DNA of 64,000 nt, taken from contig CAWFOU010000001.1 of the NCBI GenBank assembly GCA_963817525.1, positions 480,001 through 544,000 on the forward strand, written 5' to 3'. Below are positions 20,182 to 30,799 of the stretch, in pieces. Under the pieces are notes generated by a model. It was not told the DNA's origin and made no database searches. It saw nothing but the letters and a program-made list of their open reading frames with translations. Each line of letters starts with the position of its first letter. Within the stretch, counting starts at the first letter, position 1. This DNA is from an uncultured archaeon (GTDB taxonomy: Archaea > Thermoproteota > Nitrososphaeria > Nitrososphaerales > Gagatemarchaeaceae). The position numbers were made by a program, and so were the translations under genes.

Positions 20182-20793
20182 TCACCTCTGCTGCGAGAAC
20201 GTCACGGTGTTGCTGTATAGGCCTGTCACCACGACCGTGTAGGTCGTGCCCGAGCCCGCGACCCCGAAAGTCTGCCCGTACGAGGGGCAGTTGCTGGTGG
20301 TCGGGGGGATTGTAAGCGTGTAGGACTGCTGGTTGGTCGTCTTGACGTTGGTCATCGTCACAGAAGGCGACTCGTATCCCGAAGCAGCGGTCTTGCACTG
20401 CGAGGTGAGCGTGCTCCTGAGGTCGTAGACGTAGTCCGCTTTGCTCGCGCCGGTCCCGCTAGAGGTGTAGAGCAGGTTGATGAGACCGAGCGAATCGTAG
20501 AGCCTGACTGAGTAGAGCTGCTCTGTGAGGCTGCCCGTGTTATAGATCCAGAAGGTGATGGAATTGGTCGAGGTGGTAGCCCCGAAGTACATGGTGGTGA
20601 CCGTGAAGTGCTCACTCAGCATGTCGTTGGTGGCCACCGCGTTGCTGTTCAGGGCGCCCTCGCTGGCTCCCGCCTGGCTCTGCACAAATCCCCAGGCGGC
20701 GGCGCCCGCGACCAGGGTCATCGCGATGGCCAGCATGGCGCCGACTACTTCCGACGCAGCAACGCGCCCGCTGCGGCCACGAGAAAACTTCAA
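20182..20793 (-). CDS. Archaeal type IV (minor) pilin
   Basis: RSGRVA/ASEVVGAMLAIAMTLVAGAAAWGF pilin N-terminus; IYNTGS motif. Confidence 0.85.
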   Translation of the reverse strand: MKFSRGRSGRVAASEVVGAMLAIAMTLVAGAAAWGFVQSQAGASEGALNSNAVATNDMLSEHFTVTTMYFGATTSTNSITFWIYNTGSLTEQLYSVRLYDSLGLINLLYTSSGTGASKADYVYDLRSTLTSQCKTAASGYESPSVTMTNVKTTNQQSYTLTIPPTTSNCPSYGQTFGVAGSGTTYTVVVTGLYSNTVTFSQQR

Positions 20794-21022
20794 AGTCTGA
20801 GCTTTTTTGCGCGCTCTAGCTATATTATCGGTTATGGACTTGCAATCTGTATCACCACTATTGGGCGATTTGGGCCGAAAAAAGCCTATTTCTTCTGGAG
20901 AAGCTCCAAAGAGGTTGTCCGGGGATTCAGCCGCGCCCTACTGCCAGGAGTTAGTCGTTGCACGAACAAATTCATAAACTATATATGGATACTCTAACAA
21001 TGTTCTGGCTACACGAACCAGA

Positions 21023-21361
21023 ATGACATACCTGCAAAAACCGGCGGGCATGGCAGACGCGGCACACACGTCGGCACGGAGAAGCGTGAGCAGGCGCTCA
21101 CAACTGGAGATCCGAATGGACATCCTGAGGGCGATAATGGAAGGCGCCGAAGGACCAACGCAGATTATGTACAAGGCGAATCTATCCTGGATCCTCCTAT
21201 GCGACCATCTTAGCGCCCTCGGCGAGCAAGGGTTCGTCGGCGAAAAGACCGTTGGCAACCGTAAGAAGTACTCCTTGACGGGCAAGGGCATCGAGATTGT
21301 CGGTTCCTATCTCAACCTCATCAGGGAAATCATCTTCGACACGGCAGTAGCCCCGATGTGA
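21023..21361 (+). CDS. Winged-helix transcriptional regulator (HTH_45-type)
   Basis: RRSQLEIRMDIL, PTQIMYKANLSW and YSLTGKG; divergent from the pilin operon. Confidence 0.88.
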   Translation: MTYLQKPAGMADAAHTSARRSVSRRSQLEIRMDILRAIMEGAEGPTQIMYKANLSWILLCDHLSALGEQGFVGEKTVGNRKKYSLTGKGIEIVGSYLNLIREIIFDTAVAPM

Positions 21362-21436
21362 CGTCCAAGAGCCTCCCTCCATAATTCTGTTATTAAACGA
21401 CCGGGTCTCGTGGTTGCTTAAAGTTTAATACGCCAA

Positions 21437-21703
21437 ATGAGGCATTCTACGCCCGGCTACGTCATGGACGATGACGAGAGAGTCAGCGGCTCCTACGTGA
21501 CTTGTAAGATTTGCCAGAAGGATTTCAGGGACCGCAGCGACCTCATCGAGCACCTTCGCACAGAGCACGAGCTGCTGGAGCTCGCCTCCTACACGGCCGC
21601 GACGATGGCAGCCGAAGAGGAACGAGACAGGATGGCCGGAGAGTTCAAGCGCAGGTTCGAGCTGTTGAGGCGCGAGCTGGCGGGGCACGAGGCCGAAAGA
21701 TGA
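21437..21703 (+). CDS. Small C2H2 zinc-finger protein
   Basis: CKICQKDFRDRSDLIEHLRTEH canonical C2H2 spacing followed by a charged helix. Confidence 0.8.
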   Translation: MRHSTPGYVMDDDERVSGSYVTCKICQKDFRDRSDLIEHLRTEHELLELASYTAATMAAEEERDRMAGEFKRRFELLRRELAGHEAER

Positions 21704-21765
21704 GCGGCGCGGGCTAGGATCGTCTACGACTTAATAAGGGCTGTAATCGCGAGGGCCCGTTCTCA

Positions 21766-21996
21766 ATGGCCGACGAGCCGATAATTGACATGACCAAAGT
21801 CTCGGACAAAGGTCAGGTGGTGATCCCCAAGGAAATCAGGGACAAGTTAAAGTTCAGCGAGGGGTCGAAGCTGCTGGTTATCGCGACGGAGGACGCAGTC
21901 ATCCTCCAGAGGATAGAAAGCGTCGCAGGGAAGATGCGCGTCAAGGACATTATGGAGAGGGTGCGCTCGATAGCTAGCAAGATCAGCCTGGGGTGA
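21766..21996 (+). CDS. AbrB/MazE/SpoVT family DNA-binding protein
   Basis: TKVSDKGQVVIPKEIRDKL motif. Confidence 0.9.
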   Translation: MADEPIIDMTKVSDKGQVVIPKEIRDKLKFSEGSKLLVIATEDAVILQRIESVAGKMRVKDIMERVRSIASKISLG

Positions 21997-22028
21997 ACAA
22001 GCCAGGCCGCATACGCGGGGAGGCCGCG

Positions 22029-22262
22029 CTACGGCGAAATGTCCTGCTTGAGGCCGTGGGCCGTCGTCAGGTGCCCCCGGAAAGTGTCAGTGTCCCTCGC
22101 GGTCATGCCCTTCAGGGCAGGGTACACGCTAAGCACAAACCAGCAGAACGAGCAGGTCGTGACCGAAGGCGCCTTGGGCTCGACCCTGGAGTAGGCCCTT
22201 CGTTCGCCCTTGTCCGCGGAGGCAGTGCTGTTCATTGGTGAGTTCTGAATCAGCTCATGCAT
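22029..22262 (-). CDS. Small C2H2-like zinc-finger protein
   Basis: CSFCWFVL...HLTTAHGLKQDISP. Confidence 0.75.
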   Translation of the reverse strand: MHELIQNSPMNSTASADKGERRAYSRVEPKAPSVTTCSFCWFVLSVYPALKGMTARDTDTFRGHLTTAHGLKQDISP

Positions 22263-22496
22263 ATTTCTGATTTCTAGCCGAAGGAGTCAGGGTGAGGTGT
22301 CCGCTTTCTGGATTCCGCGGGAAGCTGCTGAATTCATCCCTGCCCCTCGGGAGACCAAGTCGGTGTGGAGGCAAGGAGCGTTGGAGGGTGTGAAGCGAGG
22401 AGATAGGGCTCCGACCTACCCTCCGAGCGAGGTGAGATGAGGGGTCAACGATATGATCGCATTTCCTCATCAAAAGTGTCTGTGCACGCGAGACGC

Positions 22497-25130
22497 CTAC
22501 TCGAACGACGTGTCGAATTCCTGGTCGCCGTCGGCTTTGCCGCCTTTCCTCTTCTTGACCAGGAAGACTGCGGCCACGGCTCCACCGGCTCCTCCGACCG
22601 GGACGAGGAGGAGCGGGAACGTGGTCAGTTCTTGGGTTAGACCCTCGTTTGCCACCTTGTCCGCCTTGGCCGATGGCGGAGGGGCGCTTACCTGGACCGT
22701 GAAGTTAAGGGTCCGCGTGAGGAGCCCTCCAGGCGCGATCACCGCGGTGATCAGCACCGAACCAGCATGAGTCGGATGGAAGATCGCTACGGACGAGCCC
22801 TTCGCGTCGGTCGTGTCGTTGACTGCAGGCACCCCCGTCGGTTGGACGACTGTCGTCGACCTTGTGGACTTCACGCTCGTCGCAGACGCGGTGCTCGTCG
22901 TCGTCGTGGTTGATGAATTCGCGGGCTTCGGGGTGACTATTACAAGTCCGCCGCTGGAGGCTTTCCAATCGACCGCGGCCCCTGCCAGGGGCGACCCGTC
23001 GAGAGCGACGCTCACTGAAATGACCGACGTTTCGTTCGTGAGGATGCTCGCAGGACCTCCAGTCATTGTCTCCTCGCTGGGATAGGACAGGAAAGTGACC
23101 GCAAGCGAGGCCGTTGCAAGTCCTGGGGTGGAAAGCGTTAGAGTCGTCTCGCCCGGTACTTTGGGCTCGAGAGGTAAAGATGCATAGTCCTGCCCGACCC
23201 CTATGACTGCCGTGAGGACCTTCGAAATCACCGTGCTGTTGGACGAAGTAATCGTGATGTTCATCGGGGCTCTTGCTCGCGCTGGGCTGCCTGTTGCGTC
23301 CACAAGTTGGACTGCCATAAGAGGTAGTTGACGCGAAGTGCTCGGGCTAAACATGATCGTGTTGTCGTTCGGGGCGAATGCGGAAAGAGCGGACGGGGCA
23401 GGAATGACCGTGGAAAGATCCACAGAGGAGCTCGCGTATCCGCTGGTGAACGAGGAGACCAGCGCGGTCACATTCGCGGTTCCTTGCAAGATTCCGGCGG
23501 TCACGTTTACAACGGCAAACGTCTGACCCGCAGGGATTATGGCGTCGGAAACGCTAACAATTTGGTCTTGTGACGAAGAAAGACCTACAGGAATGTCGGA
23601 CGCGGCGACGGCGGGAGAGCCGGATGCATCCTCCAGCGAGAGTTCGAGGGCCGGATGCGTAGCTCCGTCTGCGGGCAGGGGGGTTGAGATAGCGCTGACA
23701 ATGACTTGCGAAGGCACGGCACCATAGGTTGCTAGAGAGGTCTCGGCCGGCAGGACGTTCTGCCCCGATGCGGTGAGAGTGGTCGTACCGACTTGGTAGG
23801 TCGACGTGAAGGTGACCGCCGCCCAGTTTTGGCCCATTGGAATTGCAAAATTGATGCTTGTGAAATTTCCAACGCCCGCCACCGAAGAAGTGAGAGTCAC
23901 CTCGGTCGGCCCGGTGGCGTTCACGGCGGGGGTACCCGCCGGATTCTCAAGTGAGACGACAACTGAGCTATAGGGACCGTGGTCAGCGAGGATAGGATTT
24001 GGTCCCGCGAAAATGTCAAGCTGGCACGTCGTCGCTCCCCCCGATGTGCACAAGGCAGGGCTCACAAAGGCAGGCGGGGAAATCGTGACGAGAGTCGAGC
24101 TTGATTGCAATCCAGGCGAACTTGCTGTGATGGTTGCACTTCCTGCCGCTGCCGATGTGACCGTGAAGGTGGCAAACGCCGAGATGCTACCTTCGGAGAT
24201 CGTGGCGGTCTCGTTTGCATCAACCACCGCTAAGTCGGAGCTTCTGATTTGGACCTGGATGTTGCGAGTCGCCAGGGTGGGGTTCCCGCCTGAGTCCGTC
24301 AGCGCCACGACCAGGCGACCTTCGCAGGAAGTGACTTCCGATGAGCAAGCTACCATGTCACCCGGTTGTGCCTCCAGCTTGAGTGCAAGGGAGGGAGACC
24401 CCAAGACCGAAATCGCCGCCGTTCCCGAAGCGAATCCGGGCGCGGAGGCGGTGATTAGTGCCGAGCCAGGGACAAAGCCACTCGTGTAGTTTATCTCTTC
24501 CAGATATTCCCCTTGTTTCATTGTAGTAGTTGCGGCGGTGACGTTAACGACGTTCGTGTTTGAGGAGTAAAGCGATATCGGGACGTCCGCAATAGCCTTC
24601 GCCGGTAGACCGACATCGTCTTCGAGCTGAAGAATCAGGTAGCCCGTGCTCGCTGCACTGGCTGGGACAGTGTCTGGTACCGCTTTTATCACCAGCTGCG
24701 TCGGATAGCCCACGGCAATCACGGTAGTCACGGAAGTGGAAGCAGTTATCAGACCCGTTGTCGTCGCGGTTACCGTCGTCACGCCAGCGGTGTGGGTCGT
24801 CGTGAAGTTGGCTATAGCGTACGCCTGGCCTGCCGGAATCTCGACATCTCCCGTGACAATTCCCACGTTCTCTTGCGACGAAGTAAGTGAAACATTGATG
24901 TCCGTGAGGGCGACGGTGGGTTCGCCGTTCGAACCTATCACTGACACAACGACCGCGGGGTAGGTGTTGTTATCCGCCGGAAGACTCGGCGGTATAGTTG
25001 ACATCGCGAGGGCGGCCGGCACCAGAGACTTCGAGGCCGCTGCGTGAGCGGCGTTCAATGGAAGCGCGCCGGCTATCGTAAGACCGAGGAGGAGGATGCC
25101 AATTCCAAGCGCACGAGTCTTGTCACGCAA
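22497..25130 (-). CDS. Cell-surface protein with tandem Ig-like (invasin/Big-1-like) repeats and C-terminal TM anchor
   Basis: Signal peptide; about 6 repeats of V.L.D..G.P..A..DI.V.L.SS....V..G...ITAS; Ser/Thr linker; TM followed by KKRK. Confidence 0.82.
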   Translation of the reverse strand: MRDKTRALGIGILLLGLTIAGALPLNAAHAAASKSLVPAALAMSTIPPSLPADNNTYPAVVVSVIGSNGEPTVALTDINVSLTSSQENVGIVTGDVEIPAGQAYAIANFTTTHTAGVTTVTATTTGLITASTSVTTVIAVGYPTQLVIKAVPDTVPASAASTGYLILQLEDDVGLPAKAIADVPISLYSSNTNVVNVTAATTTMKQGEYLEEINYTSGFVPGSALITASAPGFASGTAAISVLGSPSLALKLEAQPGDMVACSSEVTSCEGRLVVALTDSGGNPTLATRNIQVQIRSSDLAVVDANETATISEGSISAFATFTVTSAAAGSATITASSPGLQSSSTLVTISPPAFVSPALCTSGGATTCQLDIFAGPNPILADHGPYSSVVVSLENPAGTPAVNATGPTEVTLTSSVAGVGNFTSINFAIPMGQNWAAVTFTSTYQVGTTTLTASGQNVLPAETSLATYGAVPSQVIVSAISTPLPADGATHPALELSLEDASGSPAVAASDIPVGLSSSQDQIVSVSDAIIPAGQTFAVVNVTAGILQGTANVTALVSSFTSGYASSSVDLSTVIPAPSALSAFAPNDNTIMFSPSTSRQLPLMAVQLVDATGSPARARAPMNITITSSNSTVISKVLTAVIGVGQDYASLPLEPKVPGETTLTLSTPGLATASLAVTFLSYPSEETMTGGPASILTNETSVISVSVALDGSPLAGAAVDWKASSGGLVIVTPKPANSSTTTTTSTASATSVKSTRSTTVVQPTGVPAVNDTTDAKGSSVAIFHPTHAGSVLITAVIAPGGLLTRTLNFTVQVSAPPPSAKADKVANEGLTQELTTFPLLLVPVGGAGGAVAAVFLVKKRKGGKADGDQEFDTSFE

Positions 25131-25221
25131 CTATTTCTGAATTCAACCGCGTACGATGATATTTAGAGCTAATAGGCGTCGTAGTCCAGATTGAGAATCT
25201 ATTCAGGTCTAGGCCGACATG

Positions 25222-26952
25222 CTAAATGCCGTGACCCAATATCGGGCCGGACAAGGCGACCATCATTGCGCCAACAATGACCAGCGCGAGCGAATGTTTG
25301 AAGCCGTCCGCCACGGTCCCGCCGCCCATCTTCCCCGCGACGAACCCGATGACCCAACCGTCGAAGATTGAAGCCGTCAGGAGCGACTGGACTGTGGCTG
25401 GCGTGATCGTGATGAGATTGGAAGCGGTCGCTGCTGTCTCGCCGGCGAACTTTATAGGAGTGGAAAGGAAGTACACCATCATAAAGGTCGTCATAACCAA
25501 CAGTATCGCTGCCATGTAAACCACGAAGACATACGACCTCAGCGCAGCCTTCTTGTCGGCCTCGATTTCGTTAACCTTCCTGGTGAAGTCGGCCATTTGA
25601 GAGAAGCTGTTCACCGTGCCGCCCCCGACGTCGACGACCTCGACCATCAGCGTGCCAATTGCCATCGTTATCCAGCTGTCGACGGACTCTGCAAACGTCT
25701 TGATGACCTTCACGATGGGTAGACCCCAAGAGATCTGCGACCCCATTGTCCTGATTGACTTGGATAGGCGGCCGTAGTTCTTCGATCCGAGCTGCTCTAT
25801 GCTCCCCTCCGGCGATAGGCCTATCTTTCGTCCCTCTGCCACGTCCCTTATGAAGTCAGGCAGCGCCTTTTCCAGGCCCGATCGTTCACGGGACTGCCTG
25901 AACGCGACGACCGAGGGGACTATCACAATCGAGGCAAGCGCAACGGATACGTGAATGCTGAGCTGCAGGGGGAGCGGGATCACGAACAAAGCCAGGCCGA
26001 CGGGCATGCAGGCCAACAGCACGTAGTATGGGCGTTTGTTGAAGTAGGGCTGCTTGGGCTGGGTCCCGTCTATTATGAAGATGAACAGGCCAGACAGGGC
26101 AGGCACGACCAAGTAGGAAAAGATGAAGAGGGTCTGCAGTCCCGAATTGTTGTGGGCAATCACACCCTCCAGCTGGAAGAGGCTGAAGAGCGTAATCCCC
26201 ATCACCGCGGTCACGGTCAGGTATGCCTCAGCCAAGGTTCCCACGGAGTCCGTGATGCGCCTGACTTTTGACGTACCCTGGTCGAGCGTCTCTTTGAGCT
26301 TGTTGTTGGTATAGTTCTTGACGTCTCCCCCTACTTTCAGGACGGTCGTGTAGCCGTAGAGAAACTCGGCGAACGACTTGTTCGGCATGTACTTTGCGGC
26401 GGTCTCGAAGGCGGTGATGGGGTCGGTTCCGAAGACGTCTATGTCGACTAGGATCCTCTTAGCTTCCTTGGCTGAGGCTGGGAAGACCTTCCCCATGCCG
26501 GATATCCTCCTCAGCGTGGAGATCGGAGAGACTCCTCCGCCGGAGAGGACGCCCAAGAAGCCGATTAGCATGGGCAGTTCGTTTTCCAAGGCCTCCGAGC
26601 GGGACCCTTGAGAGATCTTCGCTGCGTTCCAAACTATGACGAACACTATGGGCGGCGCGACAACGACCATGAACAAGAATATGATGTGTAGCATCAGGCC
26701 CAGGACTACACAAATCGCCACAGGGATGATCGAGAGGATGGTCGTGAAGAGAGCCAGCGACACGAGCCCTTCCGGGGTGATTCGCAGGTTGGACTTCAAT
26801 ATCTCGTCCCTCATCTGCGGGGATGAGGCTGCGATTTTCTTCCCCTGCTTTCCGAACATCTTGTAGGCGGTCGACGCCATCTTGTCAAAGAAGGTGAGCT
26901 TCGAGCCCTCTTTGGAGGGACGCGCCGTCTGGATGGTGGCGACTTGGCTCAA
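25222..26952 (-). CDS. Type II secretion F-family pilus platform protein (TadC/ArlJ-like, two domains)
   Basis: ENELPMLIGFL..SGGGVSP and EKALPDFIRDVAE T2SSF domains with multiple TMs; coupled to the ATPase. Confidence 0.9.
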   Translation of the reverse strand: MSQVATIQTARPSKEGSKLTFFDKMASTAYKMFGKQGKKIAASSPQMRDEILKSNLRITPEGLVSLALFTTILSIIPVAICVVLGLMLHIIFLFMVVVAPPIVFVIVWNAAKISQGSRSEALENELPMLIGFLGVLSGGGVSPISTLRRISGMGKVFPASAKEAKRILVDIDVFGTDPITAFETAAKYMPNKSFAEFLYGYTTVLKVGGDVKNYTNNKLKETLDQGTSKVRRITDSVGTLAEAYLTVTAVMGITLFSLFQLEGVIAHNNSGLQTLFIFSYLVVPALSGLFIFIIDGTQPKQPYFNKRPYYVLLACMPVGLALFVIPLPLQLSIHVSVALASIVIVPSVVAFRQSRERSGLEKALPDFIRDVAEGRKIGLSPEGSIEQLGSKNYGRLSKSIRTMGSQISWGLPIVKVIKTFAESVDSWITMAIGTLMVEVVDVGGGTVNSFSQMADFTRKVNEIEADKKAALRSYVFVVYMAAILLVMTTFMMVYFLSTPIKFAGETAATASNLITITPATVQSLLTASIFDGWVIGFVAGKMGGGTVADGFKHSLALVIVGAMMVALSGPILGHGI

Positions 26953-28571
26953 GGGTTGAACCCTTCGCGCATCTCCGCCTGCATCACGAGTCCGGCCTTG
27001 CCAAGGTCCTCGCGAGCGCGCTCAAAGATCTCGTTCGAGTGGGCCCTGTACTCCTCGAAGATGAGCGAGAGCTCCCTGAAGTTGCGTATCTCCCTCTGCT
27101 GCGCCCACCTGAGGACGATGCTCCTCCTTTCAATCTCGGACATCAACTCCGGTATCGTGGTGCCGGTATCCCTCGCGAGCCTAGCCAGCTTCACGCTCGT
27201 CTTCATCGGCGAAGCCAACTGCTTGTCGCTCCCGGGGTCCCACTTGAACATGCGCACGTAGCTGCCCACGCTGACGACCTCGTCTACCGAGAGGACGCGC
27301 CTCATGGTCCTAAAGCCGCCGCCCGCAATGGGGATTGCTATCCTTCTCACTGTGAACACAAGGTCTAGGAACGGAATGAAAGACGGAGGAACGTCCATAG
27401 GCTTAGAGGTGAGGCGTTGGATGGCTGAGGTGACGTCGTCCGCGTGGAGCGTGCAGAGGCCTCCGTGACCAGTGCTAATCGCCTGGAAGAGGACGTAGGC
27501 TTCTTCGCCCCTGACCTCTCCCACCACCAGGATGTCTGGTCTCATTCTCATGGTTGCCTTCACCAGCTGGAAAAGGCCTACCTCTCCGCTGGTATCGTCC
27601 CCTGTGCCGTAGCTCTCGCGCGAGACGAGCGCCGACCAGTTCTGATGGGCGATGTTGATCTCCTGGACTTCCTCGATTGTGACGATCTTAGAATTCATCC
27701 TCGTGAGCGTCAAGAGGGCGTTCAGCAGTGTCGTCTTGCCAGAGCCCGTGGACCCACAGACGATAGCCGTCGCCCGGTTCTCCATCAGGAGCCAGACGTA
27801 GGCTGCGAGGTTGTGGTCTATGACGTTGAGATTCATCATGTCGATGATGGTCAAGGGGTCCTCACGGAACTTCCTGATTGTGAGCGTGCCCCCGTATGGC
27901 GAGATCTCCCTCCTGTAGGTGGCGGCCAGACGATGCCTTCCGGGAAGCGTGCCCTGGACTATCGGGAAGGCAGTCGAGACGTGCTTTCCGGCCATGTGCG
28001 CGAGTCTGGCGATGGTGTTGTCCAGCTCTTCATCGTGGAGGAAGTTCAGGTTTGTCTCGATGTTGTCGTATCTCCTATGGAAGATGAAGAGGGGTTTGCC
28101 GACACCGTCCACCGTTATGTCCTCGATCTGAGTGTCGCGCATGACTCCGTCGATGACGCCGAACCCGACAAGGTCCCTCTCCGCAAAATAGTTGATCTTC
28201 GGCCACGAAAGCTGAGATGCCTTGATCGAATATTTCGTGACTAGCCGCTTTGCCTGCTCTAGGAAGTAGGCGCGAGGATCAATCTCCGACCTCGGGACGG
28301 TAAGCTCGCTCTCCAACGTCTCTAGAAGGTAGGTGTAGATTGACGCTTCCCTCTGGGACAGGACGACCTCGTCTACAAAGTATTTCTTCGTCCCGTTGCC
28401 CGGATCCTCGGCGATTACGGCATAGGCGAAAGGGGCGTTGAGCGGATACTTGTCAATCACCTTCCACGATGGCGAGAGAGGGGCCCCGACGAACGGATAG
28501 CGTGTGACTGTCTTAACCTGCTTGGACCCAGGAGCGTTCGGGCCCTTCTTTCCGAACGGTAGGCTAACCAA
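26949..28571 (-). CDS. Type IV pilus/type II secretion assembly ATPase (ArlI/TadA-like)
   Basis: GSTGSGKTT, TIEEVQE, MRMRPDILVVGEVRGEEA and TGHGGLCTLHA. Confidence 0.95.
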   Translation of the reverse strand: MVSLPFGKKGPNAPGSKQVKTVTRYPFVGAPLSPSWKVIDKYPLNAPFAYAVIAEDPGNGTKKYFVDEVVLSQREASIYTYLLETLESELTVPRSEIDPRAYFLEQAKRLVTKYSIKASQLSWPKINYFAERDLVGFGVIDGVMRDTQIEDITVDGVGKPLFIFHRRYDNIETNLNFLHDEELDNTIARLAHMAGKHVSTAFPIVQGTLPGRHRLAATYRREISPYGGTLTIRKFREDPLTIIDMMNLNVIDHNLAAYVWLLMENRATAIVCGSTGSGKTTLLNALLTLTRMNSKIVTIEEVQEINIAHQNWSALVSRESYGTGDDTSGEVGLFQLVKATMRMRPDILVVGEVRGEEAYVLFQAISTGHGGLCTLHADDVTSAIQRLTSKPMDVPPSFIPFLDLVFTVRRIAIPIAGGGFRTMRRVLSVDEVVSVGSYVRMFKWDPGSDKQLASPMKTSVKLARLARDTGTTIPELMSEIERRSIVLRWAQQREIRNFRELSLIFEEYRAHSNEIFERAREDLGKAGLVMQAEMREGFNP

Positions 28572-28951
28572 GGAGCCGCACCCAAACGCGCACGTGTCCC
28601 AGGCAGCTCTCGTCGAAGGCTACAAGATTCGGCATAGTAATCGTCAATTCAGCCCTCAAACTTTTGTTTTGCGCCCTCTTAGTCATAAATATCTTATGCA
28701 CTAAGAATCCATTCTGCGAGTTTTCCAATAGACCCAACGAGCTGGACAATTGTCCGGGCGACAAGTCCTTGCCTCCCTCCCGCTTGCCAATCGAGGAGAA
28801 GTTCTTAGGGCGACCCAGTCAAAATCTGACGAAGATGCTATGCATATGCTATATAATCGATATATATCCCAGAATACAAGCGATATGTCGAAGAAATGCG
28901 GGTCCAGATAATGCCAGGTAGATTGAGCGCTGTTGCGGCGGATGGCAAAAT

Positions 28952-29269
28952 ATGAGAAGAGCACTGGTCACTCTCCCCAACGGAGTCTGGAAAGTAATTG
29001 ACAAGGAACTGAAGGGAAGCCTTGGCGACGGGGATTCCGAGGTCATCCGCAACCTGGTCATAGCACATCTAACTGAGAAGGGTTATCTTGTGCCATCGAA
29101 AGAGCAGTCCGATCAGGTCCTCCATATAGCGGACGAGTTCAAAATGCTCGATACGATGATTACGTCCCTTGTAGAGGTGATGGAGGAAAGAGGGCAAATC
29201 AAGTATTCAGACTGGGAAGCCAGGATGAAAAAGAAGATCCATGAAAGACCGAGTTTTGGTAACGAGTAA
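28952..29269 (+). CDS. Ribbon-helix-helix (CopG-like) regulator
   Basis: MRRALVTLPNGVWKVID...DSEVIRNLV RHH pattern; divergent from the ATPase. Confidence 0.75.
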   Translation: MRRALVTLPNGVWKVIDKELKGSLGDGDSEVIRNLVIAHLTEKGYLVPSKEQSDQVLHIADEFKMLDTMITSLVEVMEERGQIKYSDWEARMKKKIHERPSFGNE

Positions 29270-29413
29270 TTTTGGAGATTTCGATGACCGCACGCGCTGT
29301 TTTCCATTTACCATCTCGCCCCGGTACGACAATCGCCCGGCTCTTGATGCACCTTGTCACCTTCCTGCAATCGGGCAATACGCCGCGGAATCGACCCAGG
29401 ACTAGGTCCCCAA

Positions 29414-30691
29414 TCAGCTGGGATTCGGGCTAGGTTGTGGATACTCCGTCGAACCGCCAAGCTCTTGAACCGCTATTAGCAAAAACAAAAACGCGAGCGG
29501 CAGGATGAACTGAAACGGGCCCTCTGATATGGTAACGCTCAGCAATGCGACTGCAATCGCAAGAATCAAGTTGAGCTTTCTTGTGACGGACGCGAAGATT
29601 AACGCGTACACGGGGACAAAGTAATACCCAAGCGCGGGAGTCGCGAAGTCTGAGTAGAGTAATAGGCACACAAGCAAGGAGTAGATGCATAGAATCTGAA
29701 GGAAGTTTTGCGAACGTCTGCACACGTACAGGGCGGGCGCTAGGAGCAGCAGGAGGAGCGGCAAGAGAAAACTGGCAATTTGGTTCAGCCTTCCCGTGAC
29801 CAAGGAAGCCGCAAACTCCTTCAGGTTTACCACGCTACCACAGAGCGTGCCCGTGTACAGACCTGGAATCGTCTGAAGCCCGCACGTTCCAGCAGAGTTG
29901 AGCTGGTAACTTGGGGCGTTCGCTATGCTGGATGCAACCGGCTGGGCAGGTTCAAGGGGGCCCAGATTTACCTGAAAGTAGTTCAACGAACCGATGTAGT
30001 CCCTGGGCGCCAATATCAGGAATGGTAGCGAAACGACGACAACGATTGCGACGAAGAGTCCGATACCCCTTGGCAAGCTCGGCTTGTATTCTATGAGATA
30101 CAGCAAGAAGTACGCTGGCATGATGAACAAGGCTTCTTGTTTGAACATGACCGCCACGGCAAGGGCTGCAAACGAGGCGACGGGCCTGTTGTCCTCGAAG
30201 AGAAACACCGCAAGGAGCAGGAAAAAGGTCATCGGCTGACTGCTGAGCCACAGATAGCCTTCGTAGTACAGCACGAAAGGCGCGAAAGCGTAAACCATCC
30301 CTGCGCCAAGCGCAACCTTATTTCCGCCGCTTTTCTTGGCGACGACGTAGACCACCACTGACGTGGCGCTATCCGAGAGAATGATGGGAATGGAAGCCGC
30401 CTTGGCCCCGGCCGCGGCGAAGAAAGGATAGAGGGTGTAGAGGAAAAGCGGCGTGTACTTGTAGGTGTAGAAGTCGCGGTATGGCAGGAGCCCCTTCTGC
30501 ACGTAATCTAACCACTGCGCATAGATTACGTAGAAGTCGTCCCAGGTGCTCAGAGGAGAATCAGGAAAGCCCCGCACCCCGTATCGCAGCTGAAGAACGG
30601 AGAGAACGGCTCTGACGCCCAATGCTAAGCCGAATAATGCGATTGTCTCCTTCGTTATCCAACCGTGTCCAATCTCTCGCGCTCGGACCAT
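29414..30691 (-). CDS. GT-C superfamily membrane glycosyltransferase (GT87-like)
   Basis: WDDFYVIY...LPYRDFYTYKYTPLF, AVMFKQ, multiple TMs. Confidence 0.75.
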   Translation of the reverse strand: MVRAREIGHGWITKETIALFGLALGVRAVLSVLQLRYGVRGFPDSPLSTWDDFYVIYAQWLDYVQKGLLPYRDFYTYKYTPLFLYTLYPFFAAAGAKAASIPIILSDSATSVVVYVVAKKSGGNKVALGAGMVYAFAPFVLYYEGYLWLSSQPMTFFLLLAVFLFEDNRPVASFAALAVAVMFKQEALFIMPAYFLLYLIEYKPSLPRGIGLFVAIVVVVSLPFLILAPRDYIGSLNYFQVNLGPLEPAQPVASSIANAPSYQLNSAGTCGLQTIPGLYTGTLCGSVVNLKEFAASLVTGRLNQIASFLLPLLLLLLAPALYVCRRSQNFLQILCIYSLLVCLLLYSDFATPALGYYFVPVYALIFASVTRKLNLILAIAVALLSVTISEGPFQFILPLAFLFLLIAVQELGGSTEYPQPSPNPS

Positions 30692-30799
30692 CGTCAGCCA
30701 GACCTCGCTCGACGGTTAGGAGCTACCGGCGCCTGACCGCTATCGTCCATCGACCCTCCCCTCAACCATGACAATTGCGCTAAGGCCCCTCAGCTTTCT

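Noticed and set aside
25222-28571. Archaellum operon
   Set aside because: No recognisable archaellin, arlF/arlG or adjacent arlH; associated subunits look like pilins.
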